From: Pseudomonadales bacterium
GTDB taxonomy: Bacteria > Pseudomonadota > Gammaproteobacteria > Pseudomonadales > Azotimanducaceae
Assembly: GCA_036351675.1 (NCBI GenBank)
Contig: JAZBPO010000255.1
Span: 1 to 59,036, forward strand
DNA: 59,036 nucleotides
Reading direction: 5' to 3'
The notes beneath the pieces are model-generated. The model worked only from the letters and a program-made list of their open reading frames with translations. It made no database searches and was not told the DNA's origin. A program made the translations under genes and the position numbers. How positions within the stretch are numbered: position 1 is the stretch's first letter; every line of letters begins with the position of its first letter. This document shows, piece by piece, positions 47,654 to 57,166 of the stretch.

Positions 47654-50425
47654 GTGCCGGGGCCCATCGCCGGCCAGAGCACCGGAACGCCGACCTGGCC
47701 CGGAGACGCGCCGCGCTTCTTCATCGAGCGGATCACCTCGGTCCTCGACAACACGACCGAGACGGCGCTCTCGGCCCGGCCCGAGGATCTCTGCGCGCCG
47801 GCTGCGGGGCGGAGCGCGACAGGGGAGCCGGCACCGCCGTGTCGGACCGACGCCGGGTCGAAGCCCCCGGTGGCCGTGCTCATCGGCCGTTTCCAGTCGC
47901 TGGAGGAGCCGGTGCTGCCGCCGCACTTCCGGTTCGCCGTCTTCGACGACGCGACCGGAGAGACGCTGTTCCACACGGTCCGGTCGCGGGCGCTGGCGAC
48001 GAACTTCCTGCGCCAGATCGACGGCGACGCCTCGTTGCTCGCGCTCGTGCGGGCGCGCAGCTCCGGCTTCGTCGACCTCGACTACCACGGCACGTCCATC
48101 CGCGCGTTCGTTCAGCCCGTCGCCGAGGACGTGCCGTGGACGCTCGTCGTCTATCGGGGTCGTGAACTCGAGGACACGGTCGGCGTGATGGCGGTCTCGC
48201 TGACCACGGTGAACACGATCGGCGCCTGGACGCTTCTGCTCGCGGTGCTCGGCGCGCTCTGGCTGGTCCGCGGCAGGGAGAGCGTGATCCGCCTCTGGCC
48301 CTGGCGCAGTTGCGGGCTGCCGCAGCTCGAAGCGGCCCGGCGCGGGCTGCTGATCCTGGCGGCCTCGGCCGCGGTGATCCTCGGCGTCCTCGCGTTCGTC
48401 TGGCCCCGTGCTTCGGGCCTCGCTGCCATGGCGACGCTCGTCGCCGCGCCGATCGTGCTCGCCTGGGCTGCGCGCCACGGCGCACGGCCCGGACGGCCGG
48501 CCATCGCAGGCCATGCGTTGACGGAGACCGGCGAGGAGCGCACGCCGCTCGCCGTCACGGTCCTGCTCCTGATCGTCGTGGTCGCCGTGCTGCCCGCGAC
48601 GGGCTGGTATCAGTACCAGCGCGTGGAGCTCAGCGCCGGGCTCGGCGACTACCTCCGCGACGAGACCCTCGCCGCCATCGAGACGCGCTGCGCACGCCAT
48701 CGGGAGTACGCGCGACGCTACAAGCGCCCCTTCGGCGACATCGCCACGAGCGACCTCGGTGGCTCCGGGCTCTGGGACGGGGCCTTCGATCACGGCTGGA
48801 CGCTGGCACCGGTCGAGGATGGCGCTGAGCAGCGGGCGCGGGCCGAGCCGCTCTCGCAGATCTGCTCGGCCTTCAGCGATGCCGGGGCCCATCGGGAACG
48901 GATCGTTCGCGCACTCGACTTCGAAGCGCGCGAGGGCGGGCGGGCGGGAGCGCCCCTGGTGCGCGGCATGGCGGGCTTCTCGCTGCTCGCGGAGGAACTC
49001 TTCGAGCGCAGCAGCGGCATCATGCCCCGTCGCGACCTGCGGTCGACGGGTGCGGTCTTCGAGGCGCTGGTGGAGCCCGAGCGCACCGGCTTCCTGGGTC
49101 GCCTCGATCTCGGCACCTTCGTCCTGCTCGCCTTCGTCCTGATCGTCGGCGGCGCCTTCGCCGGAGCCGTCGTGGTCTCGCTGATCGACCGCATCATCGG
49201 TGTGAAGCTCCGCCTCGCACTGCTGCCCGAGGCGAGGCTCGACCGCCTGCCGACGAGCTGGGTGTCGCAGGACGCGGTGCCGTTGCGTGCCTGTGCGCTG
49301 CATCGTTCCGATGCACTCACGGAGGCGCTCGTGGCACAGCTCGTGGACGCGCGCTTCGGTAGCGCCCGCTACGCGCGCTTCGTGTCCGGAGACGAGGGGC
49401 GCGTCGTCTGGGACGTGGCGCAGCGCGAGCGCCTGCGGCCGGCGCCGGTCCCGGCGGAGGAGGAGACCGACGACGACGCCGATGCAGTGCCTGCGGCGGC
49501 CCGGCCCGTGCTCTACGTGGTCGACGGGCTGGAGCGGATGCTGCTCGAGGAGGCGGCCCGGGACACGCTGCTCCGGGAGCTGGAACGCCTGGTCGCGGCC
49601 GACGCGTCCATCCTCCTGTGTACGCGCGTGATGCCCGGCTTCTGGCTCGCGCGCATGAGTGAGAGCGTCGCCGGAGACGTCGTGAACGTCTCGCGCCGGG
49701 CGGCGCTCACCACACGCTGGGCACACGTGATCGGGCCCTTCGACGTGCGCCGTCTCAGCGATGGCCTCGGCGACCGCGAGGCGAGCTTCGAGCGTGCGCT
49801 CGAGACCCACGAGGCTCGCTGGCGGGGCGATCCCGAGTTCGCCGCAGTGCGTGACCTCATGCTCGCCGAGGCCGAAGCGAACCCCGAACTCCTCGATCTC
49901 GCTGCCGGTGTCACCCGGCAGGTGACGCAGCCGGACTTCGCGGCGCCCGGGTCGAGGGCGAACTCGGCGCTCCAGCGCTTCGCTGCCGTCGCGGCGGGCA
50001 ACTTCCACGAGATCTGGGCGGCTTCGACGCGGGAGGAGCGTCTGCAGCTCTATGCGCTGGCCCGGGGCGGCTTCGTCAATCCCACGGAGACGGTGGTGCT
50101 CTCCTCGCTCGCGAATCGCGGCCTCGTCTCGATCGACGGGATCGTGCAGCTGCGCAGTCGCGCCTTCGGCAACTTCGTGGTCAACGATCTGGTCCACGAC
50201 GCGCTTCTCGCCTGGCGCGACGAGGGCCACGGCAACGTCTGGCGGTCCATCTGGCCACCGATCGTGATCCTGGTGGTACTCGCCATGGCCTTCTTCGTGA
50301 GTTCGACGCCGGAAGCGCTGGCGCCGCTGGCCGCGCTCCTGGCTGCGGGTCTGGGCGCCGTGCCGGTGGTCAACTCACTGCTGCGGAGCGTGCGCGAGTT
50401 CAAGGGGGCGGGAGACGGCGGGTGA
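47654..50425 (+). CDS. Multi-pass membrane protein, C-terminal part of the split reading frame; contains a P-loop-less STAND-like module
   Basis: 923-aa ORF from GTG 47654, with no convincing RBS of its own. It has several TM helices. A Walker-B-like PVLYVVDGLERMLLEE is followed by a winged-helix-like EERLQLYALARGG...LANRGLV and two C-terminal TM helices. Confidence 0.7.
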   Translation: MPGPIAGQSTGTPTWPGDAPRFFIERITSVLDNTTETALSARPEDLCAPAAGRSATGEPAPPCRTDAGSKPPVAVLIGRFQSLEEPVLPPHFRFAVFDDATGETLFHTVRSRALATNFLRQIDGDASLLALVRARSSGFVDLDYHGTSIRAFVQPVAEDVPWTLVVYRGRELEDTVGVMAVSLTTVNTIGAWTLLLAVLGALWLVRGRESVIRLWPWRSCGLPQLEAARRGLLILAASAAVILGVLAFVWPRASGLAAMATLVAAPIVLAWAARHGARPGRPAIAGHALTETGEERTPLAVTVLLLIVVVAVLPATGWYQYQRVELSAGLGDYLRDETLAAIETRCARHREYARRYKRPFGDIATSDLGGSGLWDGAFDHGWTLAPVEDGAEQRARAEPLSQICSAFSDAGAHRERIVRALDFEAREGGRAGAPLVRGMAGFSLLAEELFERSSGIMPRRDLRSTGAVFEALVEPERTGFLGRLDLGTFVLLAFVLIVGGAFAGAVVVSLIDRIIGVKLRLALLPEARLDRLPTSWVSQDAVPLRACALHRSDALTEALVAQLVDARFGSARYARFVSGDEGRVVWDVAQRERLRPAPVPAEEETDDDADAVPAAARPVLYVVDGLERMLLEEAARDTLLRELERLVAADASILLCTRVMPGFWLARMSESVAGDVVNVSRRAALTTRWAHVIGPFDVRRLSDGLGDREASFERALETHEARWRGDPEFAAVRDLMLAEAEANPELLDLAAGVTRQVTQPDFAAPGSRANSALQRFAAVAAGNFHEIWAASTREERLQLYALARGGFVNPTETVVLSSLANRGLVSIDGIVQLRSRAFGNFVVNDLVHDALLAWRDEGHGNVWRSIWPPIVILVVLAMAFFVSSTPEALAPLAALLAAGLGAVPVVNSLLRSVREFKGAGDGG

Positions 50426-50702
50426 GCAGCGACCCCGGCGCTCGGGCAGTGCTACCCCCGAGAGTCATGGCCAGGCGCGTCTGGACGTGCGCCTGGCGCG
50501 CAACGCGCAGATCGGTCGGCGGGGCGGTCGCCGCTGCTGCCGCTGGTGTCCACGACGACGCCCGCGCGCGCATGCCCGCGCGGACCCGCGCGGAGAGTAC
50601 GTCGATGCATCGGAGCGTCGCCGCCATCCGGCCGCAGGACCGTGCCGGCACGCTCCCCGTGCGTGCGCAGTCGTCAGTCCCCGAAAGGGGAGGTCAGCGC
50701 CG

Positions 50703-51464
50703 TCAGGCCGGCGTGTCCGTCTTGCGCGCGATGTAGACGCCATAGCTGAAGTGCGCGCGATGGCGCTCGTAGAGATCGATCTCCCGCCGCTCCGCCGCGA
50801 CGATCGCCTGCGCGGCGTCGCTACGGTCGTTGCGCGCGAGGAATTCGTCGAAGCGCGCCTGCATGGGTCGGTAGTAGTGCTCGAGCCAGCAGTGCTCCGG
50901 CAGTACGAAGTAGCCGATGGGCACGTAACCGTACTGCTCGAGGAGCGCGAAGCGCACCGAGGCAGCTGCGATCTCCGGATACTCCGTGCGCCAGTGCTGC
51001 TCGAGTTCCGTCGGTCGGGAGGCAGTCAGCCAGGTGATCTCCGACGCGACGAGCACTCCCCCGGGCCGCAGCGAGCGTCGCCAGGCGTCGATGCCGCGCT
51101 CGAACCCGATGTTGTAGATGGCTCCCTCGGACCAGATCACGTCGAGGCTCTCTTCTTCGAAGGGCAGCGCGTCCATGGAGCAGCAGCGCGTGGCGATGCG
51201 ATCCGGGACGCCGGCCCGCTCGGCGCGCGCTTCCAGCTCCTCCAGGAACGGCTCGAGAAAGTCGATGGCGGTGATGGACGCGTTCGTGTGCTGCGCGAGG
51301 ACCAGCGTGGACGCGCCGGTGCCGCAGCCGACGTCGGCGATACGCAGCGCTGCGCGCCGGTCGATGCCCGTCAGTTCCAGGGCGCGCAGGGTCTCTGCCT
51401 CGCCGCCGGGGCCCTGGCGTGCCGCAGGCCTATGCAGGTCCACCAGTAGCTGCAGTTCGTCCAT
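50703..51464 (-). CDS. Class I SAM-dependent methyltransferase
   Basis: ATG 51464 follows AAGGAGA. The SAM motif is IADVGCGTGAST. The product is 253 aa. Confidence 0.85.
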   Translation of the reverse strand: MDELQLLVDLHRPAARQGPGGEAETLRALELTGIDRRAALRIADVGCGTGASTLVLAQHTNASITAIDFLEPFLEELEARAERAGVPDRIATRCCSMDALPFEEESLDVIWSEGAIYNIGFERGIDAWRRSLRPGGVLVASEITWLTASRPTELEQHWRTEYPEIAAASVRFALLEQYGYVPIGYFVLPEHCWLEHYYRPMQARFDEFLARNDRSDAAQAIVAAERREIDLYERHRAHFSYGVYIARKTDTPA

Positions 51465-51495
51465 GTCTTCGCCGTCTCCTTCGGGATACACGATC

Positions 51496-52725
51496 TCAGG
51501 CTGCGGTGCCCGCGGCGTGCCCGGAGGCCCAGGCCCACTGGAAGTTGTGGCCGCCGAGCTGGCCCGTGACGTCGATCGCCTCCCCGACGAAATAGAGACC
51601 CGGGTGCGCGCGGCACTCCATGGTCTTCGACGAGAGGGCGCCGGTGTCGATGCCGCCGAGCGTGACTTCCGCGGTCCGCCAGCCTTCCGTGCCGGCCGGG
51701 AGGACGCGCCACGGCTGACAGGACGCGACGATCTCGTCGATGGCGGCATCGCTCAGTTCGGCGAGGCTCTGATCGCGCACGAAGTGCTCGCACCAGCGCT
51801 GCACGACGCGCTTCGGGAGCTGTTCGGCGAGCACCGTGCGCACGCTCTGGCGCGGACGGCGCGTGCGCGCTTCGCGCAGGTGCGCCGCGAGGTCGATGCC
51901 CGGGAAGAGGTCCACGGCGACCGTGTGCCCGGGCGTCCAGTAGGTCGAGGCCTGCAGCATGCCCGGGCCCGAGAGTCCGCGGTGGGTGAACAGCAGTGGT
52001 TCCCGGAACGCAGGGCCTTCGCTCCGGACCTCGGCGTCGACCGACACGCCCGACAGATCCTCGAGCTGCGCCAGTTGCTCCGGTGTGAGCGTGAAGGGCA
52101 CGAGGGCCGCACGCGTCGGCCGGATCGCGAGGCCGAGGCTGCGGGCCAGATCGAAGGCGAAGCCCGTAGCCCCGAGCGTGGGGATCGAGTAGCCGCCGGT
52201 GGCGACGACGAGGGCGTCGCACCCGACCGGGCCGCCCGGCGTCTCGAGTTCGTGCACGCCCCGTTCCGACGCCGCGGGTCCGTCCTCGCCCTCGGCTGCA
52301 CTTGCCGCGAGCGCCCGGATTCTCACCGGCTGCCGCGTCCGGATCTCGACGCCCGCCGCGTCACACTCCGCCTGCAGCATGGCGACGATGTCCTTCGAGG
52401 AGCGGTCGCAGAACAGCTGCCCCGGCGTCTTCTCGTGGTGCGGTATGCCGTGCCCGTCGACGAGCGCCAGGAAGTCCCAGGGCGTGTAGCGACTCAGCGC
52501 CGACTTGCAGAAGTGCGGGTTGGCGGAGAGGAAGTGCTCCGGCGTGGAGTGAAGGTGGGTGAAGTTGCAGCGCCCGCCACCTGACATGAGGATCTTCTTG
52601 CCGATGCGGTCGGCGTGATCGAGGACCAGTACGCGGCGGCCGCGCCGACCGGCCGTGATGGCGCAGAACAGACCCGCTGCACCGGCCCCGATGACGACGA
52701 CGTCGAAGTGGTCGCGGCCTCTCAT
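51496..52725 (-). CDS. BaiN/RdsA (HI0933-like) NAD(P)/FAD-dependent oxidoreductase
   Basis: FDVVVIGAGAAGLFCA and GGGRCNFTH are present. The start is ATG 52725, in an ATGA overlap with the MFS stop. The track ORF 51496..54066 is an artefactual upstream extension. Confidence 0.9.
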   Translation of the reverse strand: MRGRDHFDVVVIGAGAAGLFCAITAGRRGRRVLVLDHADRIGKKILMSGGGRCNFTHLHSTPEHFLSANPHFCKSALSRYTPWDFLALVDGHGIPHHEKTPGQLFCDRSSKDIVAMLQAECDAAGVEIRTRQPVRIRALAASAAEGEDGPAASERGVHELETPGGPVGCDALVVATGGYSIPTLGATGFAFDLARSLGLAIRPTRAALVPFTLTPEQLAQLEDLSGVSVDAEVRSEGPAFREPLLFTHRGLSGPGMLQASTYWTPGHTVAVDLFPGIDLAAHLREARTRRPRQSVRTVLAEQLPKRVVQRWCEHFVRDQSLAELSDAAIDEIVASCQPWRVLPAGTEGWRTAEVTLGGIDTGALSSKTMECRAHPGLYFVGEAIDVTGQLGGHNFQWAWASGHAAGTAA

Positions 52726-54026
52726 CCGTTCGCGGGCGCGAAGTCCGGAAGCTCGTCCTCGAGCAGCCGCAGGCGCCGGCTCGAGAATGCGATCGCCGTG
52801 ACGACCAGCAGGGAGGCGCCGATCAACCAGTACATCAGCGCGATGCCGCGGCCCTCGCCGGTGCCGAGGAGCGCGCCGGCGGTGTCCGCCAGGGCGCCGC
52901 CCTGCAGCATGAGGGGCTCGAAGAAGGCTTCGGCGATCGGGCCCGCGAGGGCGATGCCGCTCACCTGCGCGATGGTTCCTAGGGCGAGGCGCAGCGAGGC
53001 GACCCGCCCGAGCACGAGTGGATCCACCTTCTCCTGGAGGATGACGCGCACCAGTCCCATGACGAACATGAAGGTCGCACCGACGGCGAGCACGCCGAAG
53101 GCGACGATCCACACGTCCTCGCGTGCGGCGATGATCCAGGAGGAGAGGGCTGCGAACGCGAGCCCGATCAGGATTCCGTCCATGCGCCGCCGCGGGCCTC
53201 CCGTGGTGGCGAGCAGGGCGCCGCCGATCAGGGCGCCGACGCCGAAGCTCGACATGACGATGCCGGCCGCGCGCTCGCCCGCGAAGCTCATCACGAGGGG
53301 CGTGCACAGGGCGAAGCCGAAGCCTGCATTGACGAACATGAGTGACGTCACGAGCACGAACAGGCGCCGCAGCGGCGCGCGCTCCCGGACATAGCGCAGG
53401 CCCGTGCGGAAGGCGCGGAAGACCGGTTCGTGTTCGTGGTCCTCGTCCCAGGCCGGATTCGGGATGCGCGCCGTCAGGAGCGCGACGAGGGCGAAGGCGA
53501 AGGTGCCGAAGTCGATGAGGAACAGGGCGCCGAGGTCGAAGAGGGAGATGACGATGCCGGCGAGGGCGGGCGCCGCGATCGTCTCGAGGGCGAGAATCAT
53601 CTGCGTGAATCCCGCGGCGCTGCCGAGCTTCTCGCGCGGCATCATCAGCGGCACGCTCGCCTCGAAGGCCGGCAGGATGAAACTGTTGGCGAAGCCGTTC
53701 GCGAAGAGGGCGATGAACAGGTGCCAGATCTCGAGGTGGTCCGTGAAGTACAGGCCGGCGACCGCGAGCGTCGAGAGCGAAGGCAGGGCGTTCGCCACCA
53801 GCATGACCTGCCGCCGGTCGAGGCGGTCCACGAGCGGGCCGGCGACGAGCGAACCGATGCCGATGGGCAGGAAGGCGAAGAACAGCAAGCCCGTGTAGGC
53901 GGTGACGTCGCCCGTCTCGGACAGTACCCACAGGGAGAGTCCGAAGCGGGTCATGCCGGACCCCACCGACGAGACCAGCTGGGCGCTCGACACCGCCCAG
54001 AAGGCGCGCTCTCCCTGGAAGGCCAC
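52722..54026 (-). CDS. MFS transporter
   Basis: 434 aa with about 12 hydrophobic helices and an MFS-like loop (GPLVDRLDRRQVM). The start is GTG. Confidence 0.85.
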   Translation of the reverse strand: MAFQGERAFWAVSSAQLVSSVGSGMTRFGLSLWVLSETGDVTAYTGLLFFAFLPIGIGSLVAGPLVDRLDRRQVMLVANALPSLSTLAVAGLYFTDHLEIWHLFIALFANGFANSFILPAFEASVPLMMPREKLGSAAGFTQMILALETIAAPALAGIVISLFDLGALFLIDFGTFAFALVALLTARIPNPAWDEDHEHEPVFRAFRTGLRYVRERAPLRRLFVLVTSLMFVNAGFGFALCTPLVMSFAGERAAGIVMSSFGVGALIGGALLATTGGPRRRMDGILIGLAFAALSSWIIAAREDVWIVAFGVLAVGATFMFVMGLVRVILQEKVDPLVLGRVASLRLALGTIAQVSGIALAGPIAEAFFEPLMLQGGALADTAGALLGTGEGRGIALMYWLIGASLLVVTAIAFSSRRLRLLEDELPDFAPANG

Positions 54027-54037
54027 GGCAGCGTGCC

Positions 54038-54709
54038 TCAGAAGCCGTGGAAGCTCGCGAGATCATCGAGCGGCGCGCGCTCGGTGCGGAAGTCCGCGAG
54101 CGGGTGCTCCGGGTCCTCCTCGCCGATGCCCATGCCGCAGAACAGCATCTCGTTCTCGGGAATGCCGAGGATCTCGACGATGGTCGGCGTCCACACGGCC
54201 CAGGCCTCCTGGAAGGCCGTGTGCAGGCCGTGCTCCCGGGCGAGGAGGGCGATGGACTGCAGGAACATGCCGAGGTCCGACCACTGCCCTTCCTGCATCT
54301 GCCGGTCCATGGTGAAGAACATGGCGGTGGGCGCGCCGAAGAACTCGAAGTTGCGCGCGAACCACGTCAGCCGGCTCGCCTTGTCTTCGCGCGGGATGCC
54401 GAGCTTCGCGTACATCTGTTCGCCGACCGCGAAGCGCCGTGTCCTGTAGGGCTCGGTCAGGTCCGGCGGATAGATGTGATACTCGGCGCCCTCGCCACGC
54501 GGCGTCGCGGCCATCTTTCCATGCACCGCATCGATGATCTGCTGGCGTACCGGATCCTGGACCACGTAGGCACGCCAGGGCTGCAGGTTGCCGCCGGACG
54601 GCGCACGCTGGGCACCGCGGAGGATCGCCTCCAGTGTCTCCCGGGGTACCGGTTCGGTGCGGAAGGCGCGGCAGGTACGGCGGGTCTCGAGGGCTTCGGA
54701 TACGCGCAT
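54038..54709 (-). CDS. Nitroreductase family protein
   Basis: ATG 54709. Motifs are RRTCRAFRTEPV and APSGGNLQPW. The product is 223 aa. Confidence 0.9.
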   Translation of the reverse strand: MRVSEALETRRTCRAFRTEPVPRETLEAILRGAQRAPSGGNLQPWRAYVVQDPVRQQIIDAVHGKMAATPRGEGAEYHIYPPDLTEPYRTRRFAVGEQMYAKLGIPREDKASRLTWFARNFEFFGAPTAMFFTMDRQMQEGQWSDLGMFLQSIALLAREHGLHTAFQEAWAVWTPTIVEILGIPENEMLFCGMGIGEEDPEHPLADFRTERAPLDDLASFHGF

Positions 54710-54834
54710 GGTCTGGTCCTGATCCCGTACTCGAAAGGCGCGGGAGGATAGCAGGGTGACCGGTTGCCGGGTCGCGCGTCGGGGGGGATGATCCCGCGGT
54801 CGCGGGAGCGCGGCGCGAGGCAGAGGAAGCACCC

Positions 54835-55869
54835 TTGGACGAGAAGAAGCTGGAAGCGCTGCGCGCGAAGTACGGCGACACCCAGGCCGACGACATCCAC
54901 GATCCGCACTTCAAGTCCGTCGCCGAGAGCTTCTTCGTCGATGCCGGTCGGCGACCGGCGCCCTTCGCGGGCATCTCCACATTTCTCGATTTCCCGCACC
55001 AGGAGACCCTCGACGATCTCGACATCGCGATCGTCGGCGTGCCCATGGATCTCGCGGTGACGAACCGCTCCGGCGCGCGCTTCGGGCCGCGCGCCGTGCG
55101 CACGATCGAGCGCGTCGGACCCTACAACCACGCGCTGCGGGTCGCACCGAAGGCCGTCGCGCGCATCGCCGACGTCGGCGACGTGCCCTTTCGAAGCCGC
55201 TTCGACCTGAAGAAGAGCATCGAGGACATCGAGCACTGGTTCCGCGAACCGGCGCGGCGCGGTGTGCGCACGCTCGCTGTCGGCGGTGACCACTCCGTGA
55301 CCCATCCGATCATGAACGCCATCAGCGCCGAGCGCCTCGGCGGCGCGCCCCTCGGCATGGTGCACATCGACGCGCACTGCGACACCGGCGGCATCATGGA
55401 CGGGGAGAAGTTCAATCACGGCGGCCCCTTCCGCAACGCCGTGCTCGACGGCAGCCTCGATCCGGAGCGCTGCATCCAGATCGGCATCCGCGGCAGCTCC
55501 GAGTACATCTGGGAGTTCTCCTACGAGTCGGGCATGACCGTGGTGCATGCCGAGGACGTGGACGAGATGGGCATCGACGCGCTCGTCGCGAAGTGCCGGG
55601 AAGTCGTGGGCGATGGTCCGGTCTACGTCACGCTCGACGTCGACGGGATCGATCCGGCCTATACGCCGGGCACCGGTACGCCCGAAGTCGGTGGCCTGAC
55701 ACCGCGTGAGACGCAGCGCCTGCTCCGGGGCCTCGCGGGGCTCGACATCGTCGGCGGTGACGTCGTGGAGGTGGCGCCGCAGTACGACCCGAGCCACAAC
55801 ACGGCCCACGTCGGCGCGCAGATGCTGTTCGAGATCCTGTCCGCCATGGTGGTGCCGCGGACTGCTTGA
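54835..55869 (+). CDS. speB: Agmatinase / guanidino-acid ureohydrolase (arginase family)
   Basis: GGDHSVT, VHIDAHCDT and DVDGIDPAYTPGTGTPEVGGL form the Mn-binding motifs. The start is TTG. Substrate (agmatine versus guanidinobutyrate and similar) cannot be decided from sequence. Confidence 0.85.
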   Translation: MDEKKLEALRAKYGDTQADDIHDPHFKSVAESFFVDAGRRPAPFAGISTFLDFPHQETLDDLDIAIVGVPMDLAVTNRSGARFGPRAVRTIERVGPYNHALRVAPKAVARIADVGDVPFRSRFDLKKSIEDIEHWFREPARRGVRTLAVGGDHSVTHPIMNAISAERLGGAPLGMVHIDAHCDTGGIMDGEKFNHGGPFRNAVLDGSLDPERCIQIGIRGSSEYIWEFSYESGMTVVHAEDVDEMGIDALVAKCREVVGDGPVYVTLDVDGIDPAYTPGTGTPEVGGLTPRETQRLLRGLAGLDIVGGDVVEVAPQYDPSHNTAHVGAQMLFEILSAMVVPRTA

Positions 55870-56065
55870 GCCCGGGCGCCGCACCGGCCGTGTGCGCGCT
55901 CCCCTCGCCTGCGCCGCGAGCGTGCGGCGGTGCGCAGCGCGAACGCCCGGGATCGGCGCCACGGCGCGGCATGGTTCTGGCATCGACGGCAGGGCGGGCG
56001 CTCAGGCTTGTCGGCGCCGCGCGCGCTGTGGTTCAGTCGACCGGACGTTGACCGGGGGGAAGACG

Positions 56066-57166
56066 ATGCGTCGAAGGTATCTCGTGGGCATGGCGCTTGC
56101 GGGCCTGCTCGGTGCTGCCGTGCACGCGGCCGAGTGGGACAGCATCCGCGGTATGGAGAGCATGCTCGGTGAACCCGACGCGCACTGGTTCACCATCCGC
56201 TCGCGTCACAGCGGCTACGTCGTCGACGGCGACGAGGGCGAGGTGAAGGGCATCCTCACCCTGTCGATGTTCTCGCCGGCCCTCCGTTCGCATCTCGATG
56301 CGGGGCTGATCTACTCCTATGGCAGCTTCTACACGCGCACCTACTACGGCGACCGCAGCGACTACGTGCTGTTCTACGACGCCGAGTCGCTGAAGCCCGT
56401 CGACGAGGTCGAGATCCCGCCGAAGAGCGCCGGCATCGGCCACTCCGGGATGATCGGTCTCGTGAACGAGCGCTTCGTCGGCGTCTGGAACATCACGCCC
56501 GCCATGTCCGTGTCGATCGTCGACGCCCGCGAGCGCGAGTTCGTCGCCGAGATCTCGACGCCGGGGTGCGCCGCGGTCTATCCCGTCGCCGAGGGTTTTC
56601 TCATGCCCTGCGGCGATGGATCACTCCAGTACGTCACCCTCGACGGCGACGGTCGGGAGGCCGCTCGCACGCGCAGCGACGTGTTCTTCAGCGTCGAGGA
56701 GGACCCGGTCTTCGACTACGCCGTGCCCACGGAGGACGGCTGGTTGTTCATGAGCCTGGAGGGCAACGTGTTCCGGGCCACCGTCGAGGGCGGCAAGGTC
56801 CTGGTCTCCGAGCCGTTCTCCATCTTCGCGGACGAAGAGGAGGAGGGCTGGCGCATCGGTGGCAGCCAGCCCTTCGCCTACAACGCCGAGAAGGGCCTGC
56901 TCGTGACCGTCATGCACAAGGGTGGTGGTCAGGAGACCTTCGAGGACGGCGGTGACCACATCTGGGGCTTCAGCATGCGTACCGGGCGCCGCGGCTACGT
57001 GCTCGAACTCGAGGATGAGACGCGCGGCGTTGCCCTGACGCCGGACGCGAAGCCGCTCATGATCATGAGCGGCGATGGTGACGTACTCATCCACGACGGC
57101 ATGAGCGGCGCCCACCTGCGTACGATCGAGAACCTGCGCGGAGGGCTGGTCCAGCCGCTGCGATGA
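56066..57166 (+). CDS. mauB: TTQ-dependent amine dehydrogenase heavy (large) subunit
   Basis: ATG 56066 follows GGGGGGA and gives the signal peptide MRRRYLVGMALAGLLGAAVHA. The propeller sequence resembles the MADH/AADH heavy chain (VVDGDEGEVKGIL, YGSFYTRTYYGDRSDYV, FLMPCGDGSL). Confidence 0.85.
   Translation: MRRRYLVGMALAGLLGAAVHAAEWDSIRGMESMLGEPDAHWFTIRSRHSGYVVDGDEGEVKGILTLSMFSPALRSHLDAGLIYSYGSFYTRTYYGDRSDYVLFYDAESLKPVDEVEIPPKSAGIGHSGMIGLVNERFVGVWNITPAMSVSIVDAREREFVAEISTPGCAAVYPVAEGFLMPCGDGSLQYVTLDGDGREAARTRSDVFFSVEEDPVFDYAVPTEDGWLFMSLEGNVFRATVEGGKVLVSEPFSIFADEEEEGWRIGGSQPFAYNAEKGLLVTVMHKGGGQETFEDGGDHIWGFSMRTGRRGYVLELEDETRGVALTPDAKPLMIMSGDGDVLIHDGMSGAHLRTIENLRGGLVQPLR

Noticed and set aside
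46466-50230. 1254-aa ORF on the minus strand.
   Set aside because: It is antisense to the giant membrane-protein reading frame. Its composition (R, G, A, E, D, P) is that of a GC-rich shadow frame, and it has no recognisable domain or TM pattern.
51496-54066. Single 856-aa ORF suggesting one large protein.
   Set aside because: Only the C-terminal 409 aa (from ATG 52725, FDVVVIGAGAAG...) look like a protein. The upstream part overlaps, in another frame, the well-formed MFS transporter gene 52722..54026.
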